DNA of 64,000 nucleotides from Candidatus Lustribacter sp. (lineage in GTDB: Bacteria > Vulcanimicrobiota > Vulcanimicrobiia > Vulcanimicrobiales > Vulcanimicrobiaceae). Under the pieces are notes generated by a model. It searched no databases and was not told the DNA's origin. It saw nothing but the letters and a program-made list of their open reading frames with translations. The stretch lies in contig OZ255842.1 in assembly GCA_965277805.1 (NCBI GenBank), positions 4,032,001 through 4,096,000 on the forward strand, written 5' to 3'. Shown here piece after piece: positions 55,610 through 64,000 of the stretch. The translations under genes and the position numbers were made by a program. Numbering within the stretch: position 1 is the first letter of the stretch; each line of letters starts with the position of its first letter.

Positions 55610-56377
55610 CTAGCGCATTACTGCGCCGCCGTCGACGACCAGCGTCTGGCCGGTGATGAAGTCGCTATCGGGTGAGGCGAAGAACGCCACGGCGCCGGCA
55701 AGGTCTTCCGGTTTTTGCACGCGCTTGAGCGCACGGCTCCCGGCGGCCGACGTACGCATGGCGAGTACGGCGTCATCCGGCTCTTCTTCACTCAGCGTGC
55801 TTCCCGGTGCGATGCAGTTGACGCAGATGCTGTATTGACCGAGTTCGGTTGCGAGCGTGCGCGTGAAACCGACGATGGCGGCTTTTGAAGTGACGTAGTG
55901 GATGCGCGTGCCCGTGCGCTCCCAAACGGTGCCCGAACCGATGTTGATGATCTTACCGTAGCCTTGTTCTTTCATATGCGGAACGACGGCGCGGCAAGCC
56001 AGCCATACTCCGCGGACGTTGACGTCCATCAAGCGGTCCCATTCGTCTTCGGAGATTTCGTCGAACGGAACACGCGACATCGGCACGACCGAGAACATCG
56101 CCGCGTTATTGACGAGGACGTCGATCCGTCCGAACGCGTCGATCGCGCTCTTCGCCAACGCGTCGTTGCCGGCGGCCGTCGACACATCGGCCGCCACCGC
56201 GATCGCCTCGATCCCCGCCGCAGCGCACTCCCCGCTCACGCTTTTCGCGGCGGCGCCGTCGATGTCGGCGACCACGAGTCTCGCGCCTTCAGAACCGAGT
56301 CGAAGCGCATACGCTTTACCGATCCCATGGCCGCTGCCGGTGACGATCGCTACACGGCCGTCAAGTCGTCTGCTCAC
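55610..56377 (-). CDS. Short-chain dehydrogenase/reductase
   Basis: TGSGHGIG, NNAA, YVTSK. Confidence 0.92.
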   Translation of the reverse strand: MSRRLDGRVAIVTGSGHGIGKAYALRLGSEGARLVVADIDGAAAKSVSGECAAAGIEAIAVAADVSTAAGNDALAKSAIDAFGRIDVLVNNAAMFSVVPMSRVPFDEISEDEWDRLMDVNVRGVWLACRAVVPHMKEQGYGKIINIGSGTVWERTGTRIHYVTSKAAIVGFTRTLATELGQYSICVNCIAPGSTLSEEEPDDAVLAMRTSAAGSRALKRVQKPEDLAGAVAFFASPDSDFITGQTLVVDGGAVMR

Positions 56378-56383
56378 CGCGGC

Positions 56384-57355
56384 TCAACGGCCTCGCGACA
56401 AGACGACGGTCGATCCGAGCACGCCGCTGAGATCGAAGTGCTGATCGATGACGCCGGACTTGTACGCGAAATCGAGCGGTCCCTGAAAGTCGGCCGCGGT
56501 CACGGTCTCCGCGGTCGTGGAGCGGATGCCGCGTCCGAGCACCGCTGCGTCTTGGCCCGAAAAGGCGGCGACGAGATCGGTCGTTGCGGCCTGATTGGCA
56601 TTCGTAAACTTCGCTGCCTCGAGGAGCCCGGCCGTGAACGCCTTTACCGTATCGGGATTTTTTGCGATGTAATCGGCCGTCGCAACCCAGCATGAGAGCG
56701 CGAAACGCGATGCGACCGCATCGTAGGGCGTACCGAGCTCACGGTACTTGCCGGTTTCGAGCGCGACGGTGAGATATGGCGGCTTGAGCAGCACCGCGTC
56801 GATACGGCCCGCGTCGAGCGCAGCAAGTTGTTCCGTTTGCTTCAACTCGACCGAGCGCAGCGACTTGCCGTCGCCGCCCTTTTGATCGAGCCACGAGCGA
56901 ATCGCCATGACCGAGATGTCTTTCGCGGAATCGCCGCCGAGGATCTTGCCGTTGAGATCGCGCGGCGTTTTGATCGGCCCGTCTTTCGCCACCAGCAGAA
57001 AGCCGTCGGGATGATCGGCGCGATAGAGCGACGCCGGCGCGATGATACGCAGCGGTACGCCGTGCGCGTACGCTTCGTAGACCGGCCACAAACTGCCCGA
57101 TCCGAAATCGGCCGAGCCGCCGACGACGGCGGCATAGATCGCGGAGCCGCTGCCGATCGCCACGATGTTCGCATCGATCCCGCGCTTGCGGAAGAGCCCG
57201 GCTTTCTCCGCATATAACACCGACTTCGCGCCGTCGGTCGGAACCTCGAGCACGCGAACGGTTTTGAGTTCGTCCGCGGCCGCGCGCTGCGCGTTGACGG
57301 CAACGCCCAGCGACGTGAGCGCGGAGAGTCGAATGAAGTCACGGCGGTGCAGCAT
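56384..57355 (-). CDS. Tat-exported ABC substrate-binding protein, SsuA/NMT1-like
   Basis: 'HRRDFI' Tat motif; 'YAEKAGLF', 'DLNGK'. Confidence 0.85.
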   Translation of the reverse strand: MLHRRDFIRLSALTSLGVAVNAQRAAADELKTVRVLEVPTDGAKSVLYAEKAGLFRKRGIDANIVAIGSGSAIYAAVVGGSADFGSGSLWPVYEAYAHGVPLRIIAPASLYRADHPDGFLLVAKDGPIKTPRDLNGKILGGDSAKDISVMAIRSWLDQKGGDGKSLRSVELKQTEQLAALDAGRIDAVLLKPPYLTVALETGKYRELGTPYDAVASRFALSCWVATADYIAKNPDTVKAFTAGLLEAAKFTNANQAATTDLVAAFSGQDAAVLGRGIRSTTAETVTAADFQGPLDFAYKSGVIDQHFDLSGVLGSTVVLSRGR

Positions 57356-57358
57356 ACG

Positions 57359-58081
57359 CTACGGCGCCTTCTTCGAGGCCGGGTCTTTCCCCGCGTCGAC
57401 CAAGGCCGCGAACAGCGCCGCGCTCGTGCCGGAATCGAGCGCGACGGTCGACTCCGGATGCCACTGCACCGCGAGCCAAAACTGCGGCGCCTCGATCAGC
57501 TCGAGCGCCTCGATCACGCCGTCCGGCGCGCGCGCAACGACGCGCAGGTCGTCCGCGACGCGATCGACGGCCTGATGGTGGCGCGAGCCGGTGATCAGCG
57601 CGTCACCGGCGATGCGCGCGAGCCGCGACCGGGCGGAGATCGTCAGGCGATGCTCGTCGATCAGTCCACGATAGATGCGGCCGTCTTCCGGACGGCTGTG
57701 CGCCACGCTCGCGCCGTACACGTCGGGGACGTGCTGGTGCAGTGTGCCGCCGAGCGCGACGTTCGCAACTTGCAGTCCGCGGCAAATCGCGAGCACCGGT
57801 AGTTGCCGCTCGAGCGCGGCATGCATGAGCGCGAGTTCGTAGTCGTCGCGCGCGGCGGACGCGGTTTCCGTCTGCGCGTGCCGCGCAGCGCCGTAGTGCG
57901 CCGGATCGATGTCTTCGCCGCCCGAGAAGATGATGGCATCGAAGCCGGCGACGTCGGCGGCGACGCGCGTAGCGTCGGGCATCAGTCGGACCGGCTCACC
58001 GCCCGCTTGCCGGACCGCTTCTTCGTATTCGGTTACATCATAATCCGGATCGGCGGTAATGCCGATCCGCGGCGTGCTCAC
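57359..58081 (-). CDS. Gamma-glutamyl-gamma-aminobutyrate hydrolase family (peptidase C26, PuuD-like)
   Basis: 'SGGEDIDP', 'ICRGLQ', 'HHQAV', 'VQWHPE'. Confidence 0.9.
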   Translation of the reverse strand: MSTPRIGITADPDYDVTEYEEAVRQAGGEPVRLMPDATRVAADVAGFDAIIFSGGEDIDPAHYGAARHAQTETASAARDDYELALMHAALERQLPVLAICRGLQVANVALGGTLHQHVPDVYGASVAHSRPEDGRIYRGLIDEHRLTISARSRLARIAGDALITGSRHHQAVDRVADDLRVVARAPDGVIEALELIEAPQFWLAVQWHPESTVALDSGTSAALFAALVDAGKDPASKKAP

Positions 58082-58851
58082 ACATTCAGATAGCGGACGA
58101 GAAACGCCAGGACCTTTCGCGCGGCGTCGGCAGCGGCAGCCGCATCGTAGCGAATGGGTTGGCCGAAGAACATGCGATCGGGTCCCGGCACATCGAAACC
58201 GTGCGTCGCGCCCGGATATGTCGTGATCGTCTCGTTTTTCCCGGCTGCCGTGCCTTTGTTCACCATCGCGACGCACGGCGCCGGCGGGGTAACGGTGTCG
58301 GCGCTGCCGTCGAAGATCGCAAGCGGGACGTTATCGAGATCGCCGCTCTCCTCGCACGACGGGTAGTAGATCGCGGCCGCGCGCAAGCCGGCCGGCGGCG
58401 GCGCGCCGTGCGCATCGATCAGCTTCAGCGCCGCGTCGGCGCCCATCGAGAAACCGACGACGCCCAGGCGATCCGCGGCGACATACGGCTGCGTGCGCAA
58501 CCACGCGAGCGTCGCGCGAGCCGCGCCGGCTTCGTCGCCGTCGGAATTGCCGGTGCATGCGGTCTGCATCTTGTGCGGGGCGAGCGCATCGAGTGCGACG
58601 CCGACGTAACCGCGCGCCGCAAGACGGTCGGCGGCGACGGCCAGGAAGCCGTTGAATCCGACGCACCCGTGCAGCAGCAAGACGGCCGGAAACGGACCGT
58701 TACCTTCCGGCCGCACAACGTAGACGGGGATCGCGGGCGTATCGCGCGTCGCCGGGACCGAAAGCATATTGGCGGCCTGCGAGGGAACCGCCGGGACCAG
58801 GAACGAGACGAGCGCCAGAGCGCCCGCAAGGAGCTGAAAAATGCGTGCCAT
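58078..58851 (-). CDS. Secreted dienelactone hydrolase-family alpha/beta hydrolase
   Basis: 'LHGC', 'GFSMG', 'YPGATHGFD'; TAATAT 7 nt upstream of the ATG. Confidence 0.85.
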   Translation of the reverse strand: MARIFQLLAGALALVSFLVPAVPSQAANMLSVPATRDTPAIPVYVVRPEGNGPFPAVLLLHGCVGFNGFLAVAADRLAARGYVGVALDALAPHKMQTACTGNSDGDEAGAARATLAWLRTQPYVAADRLGVVGFSMGADAALKLIDAHGAPPPAGLRAAAIYYPSCEESGDLDNVPLAIFDGSADTVTPPAPCVAMVNKGTAAGKNETITTYPGATHGFDVPGPDRMFFGQPIRYDAAAAADAARKVLAFLVRYLNV

Positions 58852-58860
58852 GGCGGGAAT

Positions 58861-58883
58861 ATTACTACGCACTGCGTATTAAT
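58861..58883. promoter_or_regulatory. Palindromic operator candidate between the divergent hydrolase and MarR genes
   Basis: ATTACTACGCA-C-TGCGTATTAAT; 11-bp arms, 1 mismatch; AT-rich patch. Confidence 0.6.
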
Positions 58884-58888
58884 GCAAG

Positions 58889-59716
58889 ATGCCTCCCAAA
58901 CGGCTGGTCTCCGACGCCGCCCTCTTGCGCAGCGCGGTCTCCGGCCTGCAGCGGCGTTTGCGCGCGCAAGACGACACCGATAACGTCAGCCCGACGGGCC
59001 TGAGTATCTTGGGCCGTCTGCTGCGTACCGGCGTCGCCAACGCGACGGAGATCGCAGAGCTCGAACATTTGCAGCCGCAGTCGCTCACGCGCGCGCTCAA
59101 GAGCCTCCACGACGACGGGTTGATCGACCGCTGGATCGATGAAGATGACCGCCGCCGCACGTCGCTCGCCATCACGCCCAAAGGCGAGGCGTTGCTGCGT
59201 GAGACGATCCGTAAACGCATCGCCTGGCTCGCGCGCGTGATGGAATCGCGCCTCACGCCGGACCAACGCGACACGATTCGCGCTGCGGCCCTGCTGATGG
59301 AACGAATTACCGGCGGAGCCGATCCCGCGCGACCGTCCGACGCACTTTTCAACCTGATCCCCACCACGCACGTAGCCGACGTTGCGGAATCGCTGCGCTT
59401 CTACGAACGCCTCGGCTTCGTCGAAGACGGACGCTTCGAGGACAACGGCGCGCTGACGTGGGCATCGATGCACGCGCGCAGCGTGCGCGCCGCCCGCATC
59501 ATGTTCGAACGCTCGCTCGGTCCGGTCGATCCCGACGCGCAAGCCGTGTATTTCTATTGCTGGAGCGACGATCTCACCGCACTGCACGCGCGCCTCACCG
59601 AAGACGGCCTCGCGCCGAGCCCCATCACCCACCCGCCCCACATGCGTGACGGCGAGTTCCGCCTCACCGATCCCGACGGTTACCAGCTCGTCATCGGACA
59701 GCCCCGCAGACGATAG
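58889..59716 (+). CDS. MarR regulator fused to a VOC/glyoxalase domain
   Basis: wHTH 'LQPQSLTR...DRRR...ITPKG'; VOC 'SLRFYERLGF...EFRLTDPDGYQL'. Confidence 0.85.
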   Translation: MPPKRLVSDAALLRSAVSGLQRRLRAQDDTDNVSPTGLSILGRLLRTGVANATEIAELEHLQPQSLTRALKSLHDDGLIDRWIDEDDRRRTSLAITPKGEALLRETIRKRIAWLARVMESRLTPDQRDTIRAAALLMERITGGADPARPSDALFNLIPTTHVADVAESLRFYERLGFVEDGRFEDNGALTWASMHARSVRAARIMFERSLGPVDPDAQAVYFYCWSDDLTALHARLTEDGLAPSPITHPPHMRDGEFRLTDPDGYQLVIGQPRRR

Positions 59717-59726
59717 TACGGATGCC

Positions 59727-59754
59727 GGCTGTGCCTCGATAAGCTCGGGATGAC
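59727..59754 (+). repeat. REP-like repeat, copy 3
   Basis: GGCTGTGCCTCGATAAGCTCGGGATGAC; 2 mismatches to copy 1. Confidence 0.78.
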
Positions 59755-59784
59755 TATCGGGGGCGGCGCCGGAAGTCGCGCGGC

Positions 59785-61098
59785 ATGAACTGCTGCCAAC
59801 ACGAACATTACGCGAGTTCTGCAGACGGCGATTACGGTTTCGAAGTCGACGGCGCACGCATCACGTACGGCCGCGGCGTGTTGGCGGAACTGGGCGAAGC
59901 GGCGAAAGCGCTGCACATGAAGCGCGTCGCGGTGTTCGTCGATGCCACGTTGCGCGATCGCGACTTCGTGAAGACCGCGCTCGATTCGCTGCGGGACGCG
60001 AAGATGGACGCGGTCGTCTACACCGACATCGCGGTCGAACCGACCGATGCCTCGTTCAAGCAAGCCGCAGCGTTTGCGGCCGACGGCAAGTTCGACGGCT
60101 ACGTCTCCATCGGCGGCGGATCGACGATGGATACGTGCAAAGCGGCCGATCTCTACGCGACCTATCCGGCCGACTTCATGGATTACGTCAACGCCCCGAT
60201 CGGCGCCGGCCGGCCGATTCCCGGCCCGCTCACGCCCCACATCGCATGCCCGACCACGTGCGGAACCGGCAGCGAATGCACGGGCATTGCGATCTTCGAC
60301 TACCTCGCAATGAACGCCAAGACCGGGATCCGCGCGCGCGAATTGCGGCCCACGCTCGGCATCGTCGATCCCGACGTGACGCGCTCGCTGCCCGCGATGG
60401 TCGTGGCCTGCAGTGGCTTCGACGTGCTGAGCCACGCGCTTGAATCGTACACCGCGCTGCCGTATACGCGGCACGCGCGTTCGCCGAAGGGGGTCGCCCG
60501 CTCGCTCTCGCAAGGCGCCAATCCGTACAGCGACGTCGGCTGCGTCGGCGCGCTGCCGATCATCGGCGAACACATCGCGCGCGCGGTCAACGATCCGAGC
60601 GATGACGTTGCGCGCGAGCGGATGATGTTTGCCGCGATGCTGGCCGGCATTGCCTTCGGCAACGCGGGCTGTCATTTGCCGCACGCGATGTCGTACGCGG
60701 TATCCGGCAACGTCAAAGAGTTTCGCGCGCCCGGTTACGCGCCCGATGAAGCGATGATCCCGCACGGGATGTCGGTGATCCTCAACGCGCCCGCCGTGTT
60801 CCGGTTCACCGCGCCGGCCTGTCCCGAACGTCACCTCGACGCGGCGCGAATGCTGGGCGCCGACGTGCGCGGTGTGGGTTTCGACGATGCGGGCGAGGTT
60901 CTAAGTGCGCGCATCACGGAACTCATGAAGGCCACCGGCATCCCCAACGGGCTGGCCGAGGTCGGATACGAAGCGCGCGACATCGAGGCCCTGGTCGACG
61001 GCTCGTTTCCGCAAAAGGGTCTGATCAACAACGCCCCCCGCGAAACCACACGCGAACAACTGCATTCGCTCTACGCGAACGCTTTGCACCACTGGTAG
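59785..61098 (+). CDS. Hydroxyacid-oxoacid transhydrogenase (iron-containing ADH family)
   Basis: 'EPTDASF', 'GGGSTMDTCKAA', 'YVNAPIG', 'DVLSHALESYTA', 'HLPHAMSY', 'PHGMSV'. Confidence 0.9.
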   Translation: MNCCQHEHYASSADGDYGFEVDGARITYGRGVLAELGEAAKALHMKRVAVFVDATLRDRDFVKTALDSLRDAKMDAVVYTDIAVEPTDASFKQAAAFAADGKFDGYVSIGGGSTMDTCKAADLYATYPADFMDYVNAPIGAGRPIPGPLTPHIACPTTCGTGSECTGIAIFDYLAMNAKTGIRARELRPTLGIVDPDVTRSLPAMVVACSGFDVLSHALESYTALPYTRHARSPKGVARSLSQGANPYSDVGCVGALPIIGEHIARAVNDPSDDVARERMMFAAMLAGIAFGNAGCHLPHAMSYAVSGNVKEFRAPGYAPDEAMIPHGMSVILNAPAVFRFTAPACPERHLDAARMLGADVRGVGFDDAGEVLSARITELMKATGIPNGLAEVGYEARDIEALVDGSFPQKGLINNAPRETTREQLHSLYANALHHW

Positions 61099-61111
61099 TA
61101 AGGGAGCACCC

Positions 61112-61777
61112 ATGACAACGCGTTTCGGAGCGCGCGCCGCGCGCCTGCTGCTCGCCCTCGCGGTCGCGGCGGCGACGACCATCGGCCCCGCGTCCGCGCA
61201 AGTCGTTCCCGCCATGCCCGCGCCGGTCGCCGTAACGCTCGCGCCGGCAACGACGGCGCTGCTCGTGATGGACGTGATCTCGTCAATCTGCAACCCGCAA
61301 CAGCCCAACTGCCTCGCGATGGTGCCGCGCGTAGCGAACCTGATCGCCGCCGCGCGCAAAGCCGGCGTCTGGGTGCTCTATAGCGCCGCCGCACCAACGG
61401 GGCTCGTTGCGCCGGTGGCGACGCCGCCATTCCTGGCCGCCATCGCCCCGCAGAGCGGCGACCCGATCGTGCTCGGCGCCGGCCAAGACCGCTTCTACTC
61501 GACCGCGCTCGATGGTTTGCTGCGCGCGCACGGCATCACGACGCTGATCCTGGCCGGCTGGCGCGAGAACGGCTCCGTGCTCTACACCGCAGTGGGCGCC
61601 AACCTCCACGGCTACACCGCGGTCGTCGCCGAAGACAGCACCTCGGCGAGCACCGACTACGATATCGCCATCGGCCGCTATCAGCTCCTGACGCAATTGA
61701 GCAACAACGCGAAGAACGAGCCGCTTAAGAAAGGCACCACCACGCTGAGCCGCGGCGATTTGATCACGTTTCGTTAG
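61112..61777 (+). CDS. Exported isochorismatase-family protein (catalytic Cys apparently absent)
   Basis: 'TTALLVMD', 'LDGLLRAHGITTLILAG', 'GY..VVAED'; ENGSV where CV is expected. Confidence 0.75.
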   Translation: MTTRFGARAARLLLALAVAAATTIGPASAQVVPAMPAPVAVTLAPATTALLVMDVISSICNPQQPNCLAMVPRVANLIAAARKAGVWVLYSAAAPTGLVAPVATPPFLAAIAPQSGDPIVLGAGQDRFYSTALDGLLRAHGITTLILAGWRENGSVLYTAVGANLHGYTAVVAEDSTSASTDYDIAIGRYQLLTQLSNNAKNEPLKKGTTTLSRGDLITFR

Positions 61778-61886
61778 TGAGCGCGGTCACGAAACGATGT
61801 ACAGTTCAGGGTACGCTTTGAACTTGTAAGCGGGATTGGGCAAGTAGCCGTCTAGAAGCGCACTTTATGGGGTGCTTAAGGACCTC

Positions 61887-63704
61887 GTGAAAGTTCGTTT
61901 TTGGGGCACACGAGGGTCGATCGCAAAGCCCGGGCCGTCTACAGCCCGGTACGGCGGAAACACGTCCTGCATTGAAGTTCGCTCGTCGCAGGGCACCCTC
62001 GTCGTCATCGATTGCGGCACCGGTTCGCACGGTCTCGGCCAAACGCTCGTCGACGAAGGCGTCACGCGCGGCTGTTTGCTGATCAGCCACACGCATTGGG
62101 ACCACATCCAAGGCCTGCCGTTTTTTGCGCCGCTGTTCCAGCCTTCCAACGAGTGGGACATCTGCGGACCGAAGGGCTTGAGCGGATCGCTACGCGAGAC
62201 GCTCGCGGGTCAAATGGAGTCGACCTACTTCCCGGTCGCGCTCGAATCGCTCGGCGCGACGATTCGCTATTGGGATTTGCTGCAGGGCAGTTTCCAAGTC
62301 GACGACATCCGCGTCTCCACGCACCATCTCAATCATCCGGCGCTGACGCTCGCCTACCGGCTCGAGTGCGACGGGGCGAGCGTCGTCTACGCGTGCGATC
62401 ATGAAGTGTACTCGCACGCCGCCGCCGACGGTCACGTCCGGCTCGACGGACCCGACCTGCGGCACGCCGAGTTTGCGGCCGGCGCGGATCTGCTGATCCA
62501 CGATTCGCAATACACGGCATCCGAATATCCGAACAAGATCAACTGGGGTCACAGCACGATCGAGTACGCGATGCGCGTCGCGCGCGAAGCGGGCGTCGGA
62601 CAACTCGCGCTGACGCACCACGATCCGCTGCGCACCGACGACGAGCTCGATCTGCTGGTCGAACGCGCCGAAGCCACGATGCGCGAGTACGGCTCGCCGA
62701 TTCACGTCTTTGCCGCCGCGGAAGGCCAATCGATCGACGTGAAGGCCGCGTCGCCGAACGCCGCCGAGCCGGCCGCCGCGATCGCACAGAATTCGATCCA
62801 AACCACCGAGAACGCCCAGACGGTGCTCGTCGGGCTGTACGATCCCGAAATGGTCACGCTGTTCGGCAACGCGATCTCGACCGATCCGAGCCTGCGCGCC
62901 GTGACGGTGACGAATGCTGATGACGTGCGTTCCGCCGCGGCCAACGACCGGCTCTCGGTCGTGATTCTCGAGCACGCTCCCGGTCACGATGCGCTCGCGA
63001 TGTGCCGGCAGATCGTCGCCGACCGGGCTGACGACCGTCGCCGTTTGCCGATTCTGGTCGTAGCCGACCAAGAATATCCCGGTGGTGCGAAAGCCGGCGT
63101 CACCGAGTGGCTCGTCAAGCCGTTCTCGAGCGTCTACGCGCAAGCCAAGGTGCAAGCGTGGGTTCATCGCGGGACGAGCCGCTGGAAGAAAGCCGCCATT
63201 CCGTCCGACGAAGACCGCCGCCTGAACACGTTGCGCGCGATGGCGATTTTCGACACGCTGCCGGAAGCGCGCTTCGACCGGATCACGCGCCTCGCGAGCC
63301 GTTTCTTCGCCGCACCGATTGCGTTGATCACGCTGGTCGATCCCGACCGACAGTGGTTCAAGTCGCGCGTGGGGCTGAACATCCGCGAGACCTCGCGCGA
63401 ATCGTCGTTCTGCGCGCACGCCGTGTTCGACCGCTCGACGCTGGTGATCAACGATGCGCTCGTCGACGACCGCTTCGCCGAGAACCCGCTCGTCGTCGAC
63501 GAGCCGCGCGTACGATTCTATGCCGGCGCGCCGTTGATTCTGACCGACGGCACGTGCGCCGGCTGTCTCGCGGTCCTCGACACGCGCCCGCGCTGGTTTG
63601 CCGCCTCCGACGTCCAGTTGCTCGAAGACCTGCGTGACCTGGCCGTCAGCGAACTCGAACGCTCCGCCGCCGGCGCCTCAACCGAGGATTCGCGCCTCGC
63701 CTGA
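61887..63704 (+). CDS. MBL-fold metallo-hydrolase fused to degenerate REC and GAF domains
   Basis: 'FWGTRGSI', 'GGNTSC', HTHWDH, 'WGHS', 'HHDP'; 'WLVKPFS'; GAF 'RQWFKS...SFCAHA...RFYAGAPL'. Confidence 0.85.
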   Translation: MKVRFWGTRGSIAKPGPSTARYGGNTSCIEVRSSQGTLVVIDCGTGSHGLGQTLVDEGVTRGCLLISHTHWDHIQGLPFFAPLFQPSNEWDICGPKGLSGSLRETLAGQMESTYFPVALESLGATIRYWDLLQGSFQVDDIRVSTHHLNHPALTLAYRLECDGASVVYACDHEVYSHAAADGHVRLDGPDLRHAEFAAGADLLIHDSQYTASEYPNKINWGHSTIEYAMRVAREAGVGQLALTHHDPLRTDDELDLLVERAEATMREYGSPIHVFAAAEGQSIDVKAASPNAAEPAAAIAQNSIQTTENAQTVLVGLYDPEMVTLFGNAISTDPSLRAVTVTNADDVRSAAANDRLSVVILEHAPGHDALAMCRQIVADRADDRRRLPILVVADQEYPGGAKAGVTEWLVKPFSSVYAQAKVQAWVHRGTSRWKKAAIPSDEDRRLNTLRAMAIFDTLPEARFDRITRLASRFFAAPIALITLVDPDRQWFKSRVGLNIRETSRESSFCAHAVFDRSTLVINDALVDDRFAENPLVVDEPRVRFYAGAPLILTDGTCAGCLAVLDTRPRWFAASDVQLLEDLRDLAVSELERSAAGASTEDSRLA

Positions 63705-63714
63705 CCAGGATCGT

Positions 63715-63743
63715 GGCGGTCCCTCGACAAGCTCGGGATGACA
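63715..63743 (+). repeat. REP-like repeat, copy 4
   Basis: GGCGGTCCCTCGACAAGCTCGGGATGACA; the last A is the A of the next gene's ATG. Confidence 0.8.
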
Positions 63744-64000
63744 TGAGGGTCGCGCGTTATCTTCTCGATGGAAAAACCCGCATCGGCGTGAGCACCGGCG
63801 GCGACTTCGGATTGCTTGCGCCGGAGGTTTCGAGCATCACGGCAGCGCTTGCGGCGAAAACGCACGCGGTCGTCGAGCCGCTCGGCGCGTCCACGCTGCA
63901 GATTCCGCTGGACGCCGGCGCACGGATCTTTTGCATCGGCGTCAACTATCGCTCGCACGTCGCCGAAACGCATCGCGAGGTCGAACCGCAGCCGTCGGTG
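63743..64000 (+). CDS. Fumarylacetoacetate hydrolase family protein (3' partial)
   Basis: MRVARYLLDGKTRIG...'RIFCIGVNYRSHVAE...PQPSV'; runs off the window. Confidence 0.75.
   Translation, partial: MRVARYLLDGKTRIGVSTGGDFGLLAPEVSSITAALAAKTHAVVEPLGASTLQIPLDAGARIFCIGVNYRSHVAETHREVEPQPSV

Noticed and set aside
1-64000. tRNA/rRNA genes, transposases, integrases, prophage or anti-phage defence systems
   Set aside because: No supporting motifs seen; intergenic gaps are short and nearly all sequence is explained by CDSs. A covariance-model scan would be needed to exclude small ncRNAs

Overview
GC-rich, gene-dense bacterial chromosomal window with about 65 CDSs. I found no tRNA, rRNA, CRISPR array, transposase or prophage. 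Gene content suggests a diderm Terrabacteria soil lineage, possibly Vulcanimicrobiota/Eremiobacterota (inference only): an Lpt/Lnt envelope cluster, a 4-domain S1, a Kgd-type 2-oxoglutarate dehydrogenase, many orphan solute-binding proteins and leaderless-type promoters. Main blocks are: envelope cluster (SLT, lptF/G, lptD-like, lnt, lptC-like); KGG stress proteins; an aromatic-catabolism cluster (two Rieske oxygenase alpha subunits, two LigB-superfamily dioxygenases of which one is LigZ-like, a LigA-like subunit, SBPs); a polA-mutM-rpsA-coaE cluster; pntAA-AB-B; a KamA-family radical SAM operon; and a fused 2-oxoglutarate dehydrogenase. Most notable observations: (1) several genes, including rpsA, appear to need near-cognate start codons (ATT, CTG, ACG); (2) a ~30-bp REP-like repeat family, with one copy translated in-frame inside a peptidase and others at translation starts; (3) an uncalled 56-aa metallothionein-like ORF; (4) a single-chain lipoyl-PSBD-E2-E1 2-oxoglutarate dehydrogenase; (5) a thioester-less half-size alpha-2-macroglobulin; (6) a lignin-aromatic-like catabolic cluster with no reductase. 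All family calls come from motif recognition, not database searches.
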